Positions 8,893 to 21,049 of a DNA stretch of 64,000 nucleotides are shown here, piece by piece. The DNA lies in assembly GCA_965198285.1 (NCBI GenBank), contig OZ240251.1, positions 2,056,620 through 2,120,619 of the forward strand, read 5' to 3'. Within the stretch, counting starts at the first letter, position 1, and every line of letters starts with the position of its first letter. Below the pieces are notes generated by a model, which saw only the letters and a list, made by a program, of their open reading frames with translations, did no database searches and was not told where the DNA came from. The position numbers and the translations under genes are program-made. The stretch is from Chloroflexota bacterium (GTDB taxonomy: Bacteria; Chloroflexota; UBA11872).

Positions 8893-11382
8893 TTAATCTG
8901 GGCCGAATACCTGCACGAGCACCTCACGTTCGCTAAACCACGCCACCGATTCCTGCACCATGCCGAAGGTCAGCGTGTAACAGCCGGGCACTGACGGAGC
9001 CTTGACCAGGCCTTCAAAGACCACCCCGGAGCCGCTTGGGACCGTTAACCAGGGGAGCATGAACAAGCGTCCCTCCAGCTCCGAAACGTTCTGTTCGCTA
9101 TCGAGGGCCGTCCAGCGTGAGCCAAGTCGATAGGTGCCATCCCACGGCATTGGTCCCAGGTTCACGGCACTGACCTGGAGAAATGCCGCTTCGCCGGCTC
9201 GAAGGCACACTGGCTGCGCTAGCACGCGGAGATCCGCCGAGTTGAGCGCTCCGGCTTGCTGCTGAGCCCCGATCTCTACTTCGGCCATGGCGATTTGCTC
9301 GCTATCAGCCATGAGTGCCAGTCGATACCGACCCGGCGAGGCCGGAGTCTGGGCATGGACCAATGACATTGCCTGCGCGGTGCTGTTGGGAGGAACGAGC
9401 GGCGGGACGTGCAATCGAAACGACTGGCGGCTGTCAACAGTGCCGTTCCCTCGACGCCAGACAAACTCGCCGGACCGAGTACGGCGGCCGGGTGGAGGCT
9501 GCCAGGGGACTTCAGCTCGGTTGCGAAGGATCACAGGTACGACAATGCGAGCGTCAGGGAGAGCGACTCGCAGGACAGGTTCAACCTCGACGTCGGTCCA
9601 TGCAGTCTTGAACGAAACGCCGTCGGGCCCGAGGTGATTCACCACAAAGCGGCCCGTATCGAACTCCCTGGCGGCCGGCCGGAGATCTTGAATCACAGCC
9701 TGCCAATCCTCGGTCTGCGCCTCGGAAAGGTACTTCCGGTCGAGGACGATGGATCGCACGCCGAACGCCACGAGCGACTCGGCCACGAGGCGCCGATTGG
9801 TCGCGTCCGTCCAGTCCACGAGTCGTGCCAGGTAGGTCGTTCCGCGTGGTGTGTACCCCGAGTAACCGCTGATCACTGCTTGACGACCGCCGTTGAGCGA
9901 CCACCACATCCGGCGCATGAAGGCGTCGGGTGTAAGGAAACCAGCGCCCGACGGGACGAACGCAACTGCCCCGTCTGACGACTCTGCCAAGGCCGCTTGC
10001 AACGCGCGGTCGTCTGGAGGTGGGCCTAATTTTGCAGGACTGTGCGCAAACTCCAAGGCAAACAGGGCCAGAAGCGCCGCGGCTACTGCGTGCTTACGCC
10101 AGCCTGCCATCCGCGGCGACCGGGTGAGTCGATCGACAGCTATGGCCGCCAGAAGGGCTATGGGCAGAATCATGCCCGCGGCGAAGAGCAGGACGATTCG
10201 AAGCGACGAGAAACCGGGGACCAGCGCGTGGGCGGTTGCAAACGGCAGCGAGTGGCCCGTCAACCGGTCGCTCCACCAGAGTTCCGGGCCCAGAGATAAG
10301 ACGAACAGGAGCCCGCCAGCGCCCGCCAGCCCAACGACAGACGATCGGGTCCGTGCGAATCCGATACCCATGACGAGCCCCAAGACCGCGAGGACCGTTG
10401 GAATCACGTTCGGAATAGGGGGCGGGACGCCTCCGAGGAGGCCTGAGACTGTCCGAAACCAGAGCTGAGACTCCGATGCCGAGGACATATACAACGGGAG
10501 TCTCGCGCTCAGCTGCCTTGCCTCGTTCAGAGACCGAATCTCCTGGTTGTCCAGCCAGAATCCGAGGTATCCCGCGAGCAACGGAAGAAAGGGCAGCGCA
10601 ACAACGACGAGGCCCACAATCGATTTGGCCAAGAGCCGGCGGTCAAGGCTTGGCGATCCACGAAAGAACAGTGCTGCGGCCATGAGCGCCAGCAGCGTGA
10701 CTAGTGAAATGAACCCCAGATAGATGCCTGTTGCGAACTGGACAAAGACACAGAGCCAGGCTCCACTCAACTTCCACCAGGTAGGACGTCGCAGAAACGA
10801 AAACCAGAACGCCGCGGCCAGCGGCGTCCACCAGAACAACTGCATGTGCAGGAAACCGGAGAAATCCTGTTGCACTGGTGCGAATCCGAATACGAACCCC
10901 GCCAAGATGGCCGGCCACCATCTACGGAGAAGAATCCAGGCCGCGATTGCCGTAGCGGTGGCGTTTAGAACTGGGCTGACGATTACCAGAAAGTTGAGAC
11001 CAGCGATTGGACCAAAGAACGTGGCTACCGCCGCGTAGATCGGCAGTCCCCCAAGCAGCAGGTGGGTGTAGAACAGCGAGTCACCCATGCCGAAGAACCC
11101 GAGCCCTTCGAAAAACCGGTGCGGCTCAGTGAAGAGGCTGGTGCGCTCCCACTCGAGCGTGTAGAGATAGAGGAAGTTGTCGATGGTGGCGAAGTGGATG
11201 CGACCATCTGCGCTAGGCCGGAGCGTGGTCAGCGCGGCGCAGACATATAGCAGCGCGGCAGCCCCAACCTTCAGGCCCCATTGGGTGGGCGCTGCGAGCA
11301 GTAGACCCGACGGTAGTCCAAGCAAACGATATCTGGCTGGATTCATCGGTCTACTTGCAGTGGGCATGTGTGGTTTGCTCAC
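8893..11382 (-). CDS. large polytopic membrane protein (GT-C-like N-terminal half) with two C-terminal Ig-like domains
   Basis: 829 aa. The first 450 or so residues contain many hydrophobic helices. The C-terminal 330 or so residues are soluble, with two similar beta-rich modules (...VPVILRNRAEVPWQPP... and ...LQVSAVNLGPMPWDG...). The family call is a fold-level guess. Confidence 0.55.
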   Translation of the reverse strand: MSKPHMPTASRPMNPARYRLLGLPSGLLLAAPTQWGLKVGAAALLYVCAALTTLRPSADGRIHFATIDNFLYLYTLEWERTSLFTEPHRFFEGLGFFGMGDSLFYTHLLLGGLPIYAAVATFFGPIAGLNFLVIVSPVLNATATAIAAWILLRRWWPAILAGFVFGFAPVQQDFSGFLHMQLFWWTPLAAAFWFSFLRRPTWWKLSGAWLCVFVQFATGIYLGFISLVTLLALMAAALFFRGSPSLDRRLLAKSIVGLVVVALPFLPLLAGYLGFWLDNQEIRSLNEARQLSARLPLYMSSASESQLWFRTVSGLLGGVPPPIPNVIPTVLAVLGLVMGIGFARTRSSVVGLAGAGGLLFVLSLGPELWWSDRLTGHSLPFATAHALVPGFSSLRIVLLFAAGMILPIALLAAIAVDRLTRSPRMAGWRKHAVAAALLALFALEFAHSPAKLGPPPDDRALQAALAESSDGAVAFVPSGAGFLTPDAFMRRMWWSLNGGRQAVISGYSGYTPRGTTYLARLVDWTDATNRRLVAESLVAFGVRSIVLDRKYLSEAQTEDWQAVIQDLRPAAREFDTGRFVVNHLGPDGVSFKTAWTDVEVEPVLRVALPDARIVVPVILRNRAEVPWQPPPGRRTRSGEFVWRRGNGTVDSRQSFRLHVPPLVPPNSTAQAMSLVHAQTPASPGRYRLALMADSEQIAMAEVEIGAQQQAGALNSADLRVLAQPVCLRAGEAAFLQVSAVNLGPMPWDGTYRLGSRWTALDSEQNVSELEGRLFMLPWLTVPSGSGVVFEGLVKAPSVPGCYTLTFGMVQESVAWFSEREVLVQVFGPD

Positions 11383-11778
11383 CCACTTTCAGCACAGCCG
11401 CCAGAATCTCGACTTCGCTGGTCCGAGCGGGTCTTCTTCGACCGCACTCAGCGGAAGCGAATGTAGACCGCGGAGCGGGCTTCGCCTTCACGGCGCCTTC
11501 GAAGACGAACCCTGGCTCTGACGCCATACTCGTCCAGGTGTCGGCGCGTTACAGGAAGCGACTCGAAGGTCTGCCAGGGGGACCATCGGCCGGTAGACGG
11601 GACGGCGACGTTCGTCGCACCGTCGGACCTGAGAATCCTCGTAACTGTCCGAGTGGTTCGTACGGGTGGGATGGGCACAGACCCTAAGGTTGGCTCGCAC
11701 ACGTGGCGCCGAAGATCGGGCCGACCGGATCGGCGGTCGCTGCATGGCTGACTTGCGTCCCCGGGCCCCGAAGCCTGC

Positions 11779-12623
11779 CTAGCGGATGAAAGCGGTCGGA
11801 GTTCGCCGGCGCTCGAAGGTTTCCGTGAGATCCGCCTCGCGAATGGCCTTGGGAATCGGGCGGGTCCACCAGGTGGGCGCGTTGGGGAACGGAAACACGT
11901 CGTGCCAGGCCAGCACCAGCGTGCGCCGTGCGTCGGTCGTGTTGGGCCGCGCCGCGTGCATAACCCGGGCGTCGGCAATCACCATGTCGCCCGCGCGCAC
12001 GGGCAGGTCGACTGCGTCGGATGCTGCACGAACGCCGGGTGGTCTTCGTGATCGTCAACCGCCTGAATCTCGGCTTCATGGGCATTCGGCAGGGTGTCGT
12101 GCAACTCGATCCGCTTGAGGTGCGTTCCCGGAATCACTTGCAGGCATCCGTTCGCCAGCGTCGTGTCCGTCAGATAGACCGAAAGAAAAATCTTGGTCGG
12201 CCACGGCGTGGCGGCTTCCGGGCTTTCCCAGTTCATGAAGTCCTGATGCCAGTAGAGCGGCGGCCCGTGCGGCGGCTTGGAAAGGATGATCACCGCCCCG
12301 GCGGACGTCAGGTCTTCCAGCTGCAGCGCCTCACAGGCGGCACGCAGGTCCGGGTAGGCGAGGAAACGCTCGGCAATCGGGTCGGGGAACACGCGCTCCG
12401 AAAGCTCACGCGGCCGCTCGTCCCAGCGGCCAGGTGAAGTCACCTGAATGTCGCTGCCCTGGTAGCGGTACTTCGGGTCAACCTCGTGGTTGGCAAAGTA
12501 CTTCTCGGTCCACGCCCGCAATTCCTCCAGCATCGGCTCGCCGACGACCTCCGGAATGACGGTGTAGCCGTCGTTCACCAGTTCGTCGCGCTTCTGAAGC
12601 GCCTCGGTTGGAGTCAGGTGCAT
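11779..12623 (-). pseudogene. phytanoyl-CoA dioxygenase (PhyH) family, interrupted by a 1-nt frameshift
   Basis: Fragment 12623-11979: MHLTPTEALQKRDELVNDGYTVIPEVV...LYWHQDF...GCLQVIPGTH...HPAF. It then continues in another frame (to 11779) as DAVDLPVRAGDMVIADARVMHAARPNTT...R. The junction is at about 12019-12021 (cat cc|gac). Confidence 0.75.
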
Positions 12624-12899
12624 TGCGGCGTGTCCTTCAAAGGCTGCGTGTGCCCCGTGAGATGCAGGAAGTCTACGCGAGTGCAAATTACGCGGGGCTC
12701 TCGTCTGGCGGACGATCTGCCAACTCAGCCCGTTGTCCGACATCCCGGCGGCGGGATTGCACGGTACCAACGGTCGACTCAACCTTCTACGGGCACCGGC
12801 GAAGGCTTCGCGTTTCGCCGTGACTCGGCAAAATCTGTACCTAGGCGAAGTGCGCTCCCCTTCGTGTCGTGTTGTGTATGGGGAGCGAAGGAGGCTTCT

Positions 12900-14390
12900 A
12901 TGCGCAAGACACTGAGCCGTCGTGCAGTTCTCCGCGCGACTGGTGCTGGTTCCATCGGCGTCAGCGCAGCGGCAGTCCTTGCGGCTTGCAGTGAGTCGGA
13001 ACCGGAACCCGCTCCGGCGGCAGCCGCGGCCCCGGCCATGACCGAGGCCCCGGCAATGGCGGAGTCCATGCCGCAGACGGAGCCGGTCACGATCCGCTAC
13101 GTCAGCGACCACACGTCCGGCCCGCGCGGCGCGGCCATGCAGTGGGGCTTGCGCGAATACGCCAAGTTGCGGCCGAACATCAACGTTCGCTTCGAGCCGC
13201 AGCCGGCTGACTACCGCGAGCTCTTCCCCTTGCAGATTGCGGCGGGCACGCAGGGTGAAGTGGCGATGTTGGACGGCGGCATGCTGGGCGCCTTCGTCGC
13301 CGACGGCGGCTTTACCCAGATCAACGACGCGCTGGACAAGCGCGACGACTACGACCGCAACAATTACTACTTCATCCCCGACCTCTACACGGTCAACTTC
13401 GACCACTCGCACTCCGAGGGCGGCTCGGTGCCGACCGTGATCGACGGCGATCAATTCGGGCTGGCCTTCCAGGCTGGCACTGGCGGCATCCTGATCAATA
13501 TGGACCTCGGCGAGTGGGTCGGAATCGAGCCTCCCAGCGAGGGCTGGAAGTACGACGCCGAGTTCCTGGAGTCGGCCAAGAAGGCCACGGACCCGGACAC
13601 GGACCTGTGGGGGACGTGGGCGCGCAACGACTACGAGTTCCAGTGGGCGCCCATGTGCTTTGGGGCCGGTGGGCTGGCCTACCGCAACGCCGACGAGACC
13701 GGCCTGGCCGTCTTCGACAACGGTGGTGACTGGGGGCTGAAGTTCGCCGTGGGCCTGATCCACAACGAGCAAGTCTCGTTCCCCGACTCCGAGGCCAAGC
13801 GCGTGGCCGGTGAATTCGGCAACGCGTTCGCCTCCGGGAAGGTCTGGTCATGGCTGGGCGGCCGCGTCTACACCTCCGGGTTCGACGTGCCGAGGATCAA
13901 GGATCGCTTTAGGTGGTCGCTGGGCCCGATGCCCATCGGTCCGATCGGCGAAGAGCGGCACTCCTGGAACGACCAGCCCAACCTCATCACCAATGGCGCC
14001 GAGCGGTTGGGCAACGTTGAGGAGTCCGTGGACCTCACGGTATTCCTCGGCGGCCCCGTGTACCAGGGGCGCGTGGCGATCGACCGCGGGCACATGCCCA
14101 TGTTCAAGTCGGTGTTCGACACCCCCGAAGCCGTCAACCCGCCGCCCGAGGGTATGCAGTGGCTCAAGAGCTACGCCGAGGCGCCGGAGAGCCGCCATCT
14201 GATGATGATGCTGCCCAACTGGTGGGAGATGAACGAGTGGCGCAACGCCTTCGTTTCCGCCGCCTTCCTGGGCGACGTGCCGGTCGACGAGGCCATCGCC
14301 AGCTCTGAGAAGTGGGTGTCCGACTCTCTGGAGTCACAGCGTGACGGCCTGAACAAGGCCCGCACGAAGTTCGGCTTCTCGGCTCTGTAA
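12900..14390 (+). CDS. ABC transporter extracellular solute-binding lipoprotein (family 1)
   Basis: ATG 12900 preceded by GAAGGAGG. MRKTLSRRAVLRATGAGSIGVSAAAVLAAC is a Tat-like signal plus lipobox Cys, followed by a solute-binding-protein-like body. The track ORF starting at 12486 is an upstream artefact. Confidence 0.85.
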   Translation: MRKTLSRRAVLRATGAGSIGVSAAAVLAACSESEPEPAPAAAAAPAMTEAPAMAESMPQTEPVTIRYVSDHTSGPRGAAMQWGLREYAKLRPNINVRFEPQPADYRELFPLQIAAGTQGEVAMLDGGMLGAFVADGGFTQINDALDKRDDYDRNNYYFIPDLYTVNFDHSHSEGGSVPTVIDGDQFGLAFQAGTGGILINMDLGEWVGIEPPSEGWKYDAEFLESAKKATDPDTDLWGTWARNDYEFQWAPMCFGAGGLAYRNADETGLAVFDNGGDWGLKFAVGLIHNEQVSFPDSEAKRVAGEFGNAFASGKVWSWLGGRVYTSGFDVPRIKDRFRWSLGPMPIGPIGEERHSWNDQPNLITNGAERLGNVEESVDLTVFLGGPVYQGRVAIDRGHMPMFKSVFDTPEAVNPPPEGMQWLKSYAEAPESRHLMMMLPNWWEMNEWRNAFVSAAFLGDVPVDEAIASSEKWVSDSLESQRDGLNKARTKFGFSAL

Positions 14391-14430
14391 GCGAGCCTGC
14401 GCTCGCGACCGCCCGGCGGTCGAAGCTCCC

Positions 14431-14458
14431 GCGGCCCGGCGCGTACGCGCCGGGCCGC
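14431..14458 (+). terminator. perfect GC-rich hairpin downstream of the solute-binding protein gene
   Basis: GCGGCCCGGCGCG-TA-CGCGCCGGGCCGC, 40 nt after the stop. There is no U-tract. Confidence 0.5.
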
Positions 14459-14568
14459 GGTGCATCTCAGGCGTGCCTGACAGTGGTCAACCCGGTTGTA
14501 CCCAAGTTCCGGGCCGGCGTCCCGGCAGCTCTTGTGGCCGTCAATCGCCGGTCGGCAGTGAATTTTCG

Positions 14569-14597
14569 TTGACCAATCGCCGCAGTGCGCCTATGAT
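14569..14597 (+). promoter_or_regulatory. candidate sigma-70 type promoter of the 23S-5S operon
   Basis: TTGACC (14569-14574), a 17-nt spacer, then TATGAT (14592-14597). It is preceded by an A/T-rich aatttt and lies about 130 nt upstream of the mature 23S 5' end. Confidence 0.55.
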
Positions 14598-14662
14598 GAG
14601 TCCTTGCCCCGCGATGCAAACCGCGAGCGGCCCACAGCCTTGGGCTCACGAGCTCGGGCTGC

Positions 14663-14723
14663 GAACCTTGACAAGTGAAGATTTACGCGAAAGCGTAAAG
14701 CTGCAGTTTTGCCGGCCTAACGG
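14663..14723 (+). promoter_or_regulatory. rRNA leader elements: boxA-like motif, GNRA hairpin, 5' strand of the 23S processing stem
   Basis: gaaCCTTGACAAgtg (14663-14677) resembles boxA antiterminator motifs. TTTACGC-GAAA-GCGTAAA is at 14682-14699. GCTGCAGTTTTGCCGGCCTAACGG (14700-14723) is nearly complementary to the trailer CTGTTAGGTCGGCAACATTGCAGC (17809-17832). Confidence 0.45.
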
Positions 14724-14724
14724 A

Positions 14725-17808
<3,084 letters not shown>

Positions 17809-17854
17809 CTGTTAGGTCGGCAACATTGCAGCTTTGCGCGACGCGTCGTCAGGT

Positions 17855-17974
17855 TTCCCGGTGACCTATGCGATGAGGCCACACCTGTTTCCATCCCGAA
17901 CACAGTCGTTAAGCTCGTCAGCAGCGACAATACTGCCGGGGCAACCTGGTGGGAAGATAGCCCGTTGCCGGGAA
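17855..17974 (+). rRNA. rrf: 5S ribosomal RNA
   Basis: CCCATCCCGAACAC-like core (TTCCATCCCGAACACAG) and helix I TTCCCGGTGAC/GTTGCCGGGAA. It is flanked by the complementary precursor stem GACGCGTCGTCAGGT (17841-17854) / ACCTGACGACGCGTC (17975-17990). Confidence 0.9.
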
Positions 17975-18070
17975 ACCTGACGACGCGTCCGCATCCACTC
18001 GTTTCCAGCATCTCTCGCCGGAGATACTGCGCCATGGTCGGGGGCGCTTGGCGTCCCGAGCGCTCTCAGC

Positions 18071-18967
18071 GTGCCCATGACACCCGAACAACAAAAGCCG
18101 CTGCGCGGCCAGGTCGCGCTCGTCGCCGGCGCCACGCGCGGCTGTGGGCGCGGCATTGCCGTTGAGCTTGGCGCAGCTGGCGCCACGGTCTACTGCACCG
18201 GCCGCACGACCCGTCAGCACCGTTCATCCATGAACCGACCGGAGACGATCGAGGAGCCGGCCGACCTGGTGGACGCCGCCGGCGGGTCAGGAATCGCGCT
18301 GCGCGTCGATCACACCGAGCCGGCACAGGTCGAGCGCCTGATCGACCGCATCCGACAGGAACAAGGCCGCCGCCTGGACATCCTGGTCAACGATGTGTGG
18401 GGTGGCGACGATCTGACGGCCTGGGGCCGCCGGTTCTGGGAGCAGTCGCTTGAGAACGGCCTGCTCATGCTCCGCCAGGCCGTCCATTCGCACATCATCA
18501 CCAGCCGCTACGGTCTGCCGCTCATGCTTGAGCGCGGAACCGGCCTGGTCGTCGAAGTAACCGACGGCAACACCTTGCGCTACCGGGGCCAGCTGTATTA
18601 CGACCTCGTGAAGACGTCGGTCATGCGGCTGGCGTTCGCGCAGCCTCAGGAGTTGCGCCAGCACAGCGAGACCAACCGGATAACCGCGCTGGCCGTCACC
18701 CCCGGCTATTTACGTTCGGAGTGGATGCTGGACCACTTTGGAGTGTCTGAGGAGTCCTGGCGCGACGCCATTGAGAAGGACGCTGACTTTGCCGTCTCCG
18801 AGACGCCCCGCCTTATCGGCCGCGCCGTGGCCGCGCTCGCGGCCGATCCCGACGTGATGCGTTATGCCGGGCGGGCGCTCACCAGCTGGGACCTGGCCAA
18901 GGTTTACCAGTTCTGCGACGTGGACGGGCGGCGTCCGGATTGGGGCGCATACACACCCGTCAACTGA
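18071..18967 (+). CDS. SDR family oxidoreductase
   Basis: VALVAGATRGCGRGIAVELGAAGATVYCTGR (TGxxxGxG Rossmann motif). 298 aa. Confidence 0.85.
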   Translation: MPMTPEQQKPLRGQVALVAGATRGCGRGIAVELGAAGATVYCTGRTTRQHRSSMNRPETIEEPADLVDAAGGSGIALRVDHTEPAQVERLIDRIRQEQGRRLDILVNDVWGGDDLTAWGRRFWEQSLENGLLMLRQAVHSHIITSRYGLPLMLERGTGLVVEVTDGNTLRYRGQLYYDLVKTSVMRLAFAQPQELRQHSETNRITALAVTPGYLRSEWMLDHFGVSEESWRDAIEKDADFAVSETPRLIGRAVAALAADPDVMRYAGRALTSWDLAKVYQFCDVDGRRPDWGAYTPVN

Positions 18968-19058
18968 GGGCGAAACACCAGCCGCGCCCGAAAAGCAGTC
19001 GTATAAGTCGCCGCGAAGTTGCCATACTTCAGGCGACACCTGACTGGACCCGCAAACG

Positions 19059-19814
19059 TTGGCCGAAACTCCATCGCCCGAGACCGTTGACCTCCACGCG
19101 TTCTACCAGCGCATGGCACAGACGGCCGACACTCTGCCCCAGTTGTACGACGCCATGGAGGGCTGGTCCGAGGTCGTGGTCCGCGACAACCCGATCCTCG
19201 AATGCCAGAAGGGCTGTGCGCGTTGCTGCATGCACCAGGTGCTGGCCGGCGAGCACGAGTGGGGGCACATCCACACCTGGATGCGCGAAAATCTATCCAA
19301 GGAGCAGCGCCTCACGATCATTGGGCGTGTGACCGAACAGATGGAACGATTCGGCAACCCGCTGGGCCGCTGGCTCAAAATGCGGAATAAGAACCCGCGC
19401 GCTTTCGTTCGGGCCGTGGGCACGGGGTTCCGTACCGAATCCACGCGCTGTCCCATGCTGGGGCCTGACAATCGCTGCGAGGTCTACCCGGTGCGCCCGT
19501 TTGTCTGCCGGGCCTACGGCCGCGCCCGCATGCCCAGCGGCCACGCCATGATCTGCGAGGTCTTTGCCGGCCGCTTCCGCCAGCAGGAGCGCACGACCAC
19601 CGACATCCCGATGGAGGACATGTCCGTGCTGTCGCCCAAGTATTTTGATCTGGGCGGGCGCCAGAGTGCGGACGACGGCCTCTACACGCTGCTGGCGATC
19701 CACCTGCTGCGCAACCGCACGGCGTCAGGCGACTTGGCCAAGCAGCCAACGCCGCTCAGCGCCGAAAAGACCTATCCGGTCGTTACCAGAGACGATTTCC
19801 CTACTCGCCGCTAG
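19059..19814 (+). CDS. YkgJ-family (UPF0153) cysteine-cluster protein
   Basis: CQKGCARCCMHQV plus downstream CPML...C..YP.RPFVCRAYG, the zinc/iron-chelating Cys cluster of this family. The start is TTG; an alternative ATG lies about 50 nt downstream. Confidence 0.7.
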   Translation: MAETPSPETVDLHAFYQRMAQTADTLPQLYDAMEGWSEVVVRDNPILECQKGCARCCMHQVLAGEHEWGHIHTWMRENLSKEQRLTIIGRVTEQMERFGNPLGRWLKMRNKNPRAFVRAVGTGFRTESTRCPMLGPDNRCEVYPVRPFVCRAYGRARMPSGHAMICEVFAGRFRQQERTTTDIPMEDMSVLSPKYFDLGGRQSADDGLYTLLAIHLLRNRTASGDLAKQPTPLSAEKTYPVVTRDDFPTRR

Positions 19815-19860
19815 GCCGCCGGCCGTCCGAGCTGCGAGGCCTCCCGCGCTCTGAAGGGCA

Positions 19861-19910
19861 AACGACCGCCGCCCCGCATTCCCGAGTGGGATTGCGGGGC
19901 GGCGGTCGTT
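19861..19910. terminator. bidirectional hairpin between convergent genes
   Basis: AACGACCGCCGCCCCGCA ... TGCGGGGCGGCGGTCGTT are perfect 18-nt arms, extendable inward. Short T-runs are present on both strands. Confidence 0.6.
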
Positions 19911-19925
19911 TCTGCCTGAGGCTGG

Positions 19926-20630
19926 CTAGAAGCCGCGCGACGGGTCCCTGCGCGAGAGCCCCCGCGCCTTGGCGTAGTCGTCCAGGCTGAAGCCTGGCGC
20001 CAGGTAGCCCATCCGAGTGGCTTCCTCGGCTTCCAGGATCTTCCTGGCCGCGTCCGCGACTTTGTCGGCGATCTCCAGCGGAATCGTGCAGACGCCGTTC
20101 TCGTCGCCGTGAACCAGATCACCGGGGTTGACGTCCATCCCATCGATGGCGACCGGCACCTGGGCGCGAATGATGCGGTTGTTGGCGTGTGACGGGGCCA
20201 GCCCGCGCGCGAACGGCTTGATGCCGGCCCCCTTCACCCCCTCCAGGTCGCGCAGCGCGGCGTCGGTCACGATGCCGTCCGCGCCGAGCACGTGAGCCAG
20301 GGTGGCCATGCCGTCGCCGGCGTGCACGGAGTGCGTCGGGTCGTCGCCGAAGTCCTTGATGACCAAAACCACCGGGTTCGGCGTTTCGTCAACGGCCTCC
20401 CACATCTGAAACATGCCGTCTGGGCTTTTGGGCGCGTCCTCGCTCATCGTGTCGCCCAGCGCGGTGACGGCGTAGCCCAGCATCACGCCCATGTCCGGGG
20501 CCAGGTAGTCGATGTTGGTTCCGGTAAAGCCCAAGGTGTTGGGTCGGACGCCAAACGTTTCAATGGCGTTCAGAATCGTCGGCGTGTCGATCTCGCGTAA
20601 TTCGTCAAGCTGCGCCTGGGTCAGGGCCAC
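19926..20630 (-). CDS. RraA-family protein (4-hydroxy-4-methyl-2-oxoglutarate aldolase / RNase E regulator-like)
   Basis: TPTILNAIE...GYAVTA...VLVIKDFG...GADGIVTDAALRDLEGV...PFARG...VNPGDLVHGDENGV, the RraA/demethylmenaquinone-methyltransferase-like fold motifs. Confidence 0.8.
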   Translation of the reverse strand: MALTQAQLDELREIDTPTILNAIETFGVRPNTLGFTGTNIDYLAPDMGVMLGYAVTALGDTMSEDAPKSPDGMFQMWEAVDETPNPVVLVIKDFGDDPTHSVHAGDGMATLAHVLGADGIVTDAALRDLEGVKGAGIKPFARGLAPSHANNRIIRAQVPVAIDGMDVNPGDLVHGDENGVCTIPLEIADKVADAARKILEAEEATRMGYLAPGFSLDDYAKARGLSRRDPSRGF

Positions 20631-20681
20631 GGCGACCTCCAGAAAAGTACGGCCAGAACGTGAGGATATCCGACGGCGGGG

Positions 20682-21038
20682 CTACGCTTCAGCGCCAGCC
20701 AGTTTCTGATAGGCGTCTGGGTCGAATCCAAAGATCCGAACCTCGCCGTCCGCGAGCACGGGGCGACGAACGAGGTTCTGGTTCTCGAGCATCGACTCCA
20801 GCGCCTGCGTGTCATCGATGCTGTCGCGCTCAATCCCCAACTTGCGGAATGAGGGACTGCGCGGGTTGATGACCTCGCGTAACGAATGCGACCCGCCGAT
20901 CGCCCGGATCTCGTCCTTGGTCAGCGGCTTCCGCGCGTAGTCACGCGGCTCGTAGGCCACGCCAGTTGCGTTCAAGGCCGCACGGGCCTTTCGGCAACTC
21001 GTTCAGGTGCTCTTGAAGTAGAACGTCGGCGGCGCCAC
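20682..21038 (-). CDS. ArsC/Spx/YffB-family thioredoxin-fold protein with in-frame TGA at the CxxC position (candidate selenoprotein; alternatively a nonsense pseudogene)
   Basis: GGAGG, 6 nt, then GTG (21038). The product reads VAPPTFYFKST-TGA(21005-21003)[35 protein letters not shown]...LVRRPVL. This aligns with Spx [17 protein letters not shown]...RRPII. A hairpin at 20965-20998 lies downstream of the TGA. Confidence 0.6.
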
Positions 21039-21049
21039 CAAAGACCTCC

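Noticed and set aside
11383-11778. Possible small gene between the large membrane protein and the PhyH pseudogene (ORFs 11448-11978 and 11488-11745).
   Set aside because: The tail ...WQTFESLPVTRRHLDEYGVRARVRLRRRREGEARSAVYIRFR has only moderate third-position GC. There is no canonical start after the PhyH stop and no recognisable domain. I left it unannotated.
12624-13772. N-terminal 380 aa of the 597-aa reverse ORF 11979-13772.
   Set aside because: Only its last 214 codons (from ATG 12623) are PhyH-like. The rest runs antisense to the well-supported solute-binding protein gene and is low-complexity.
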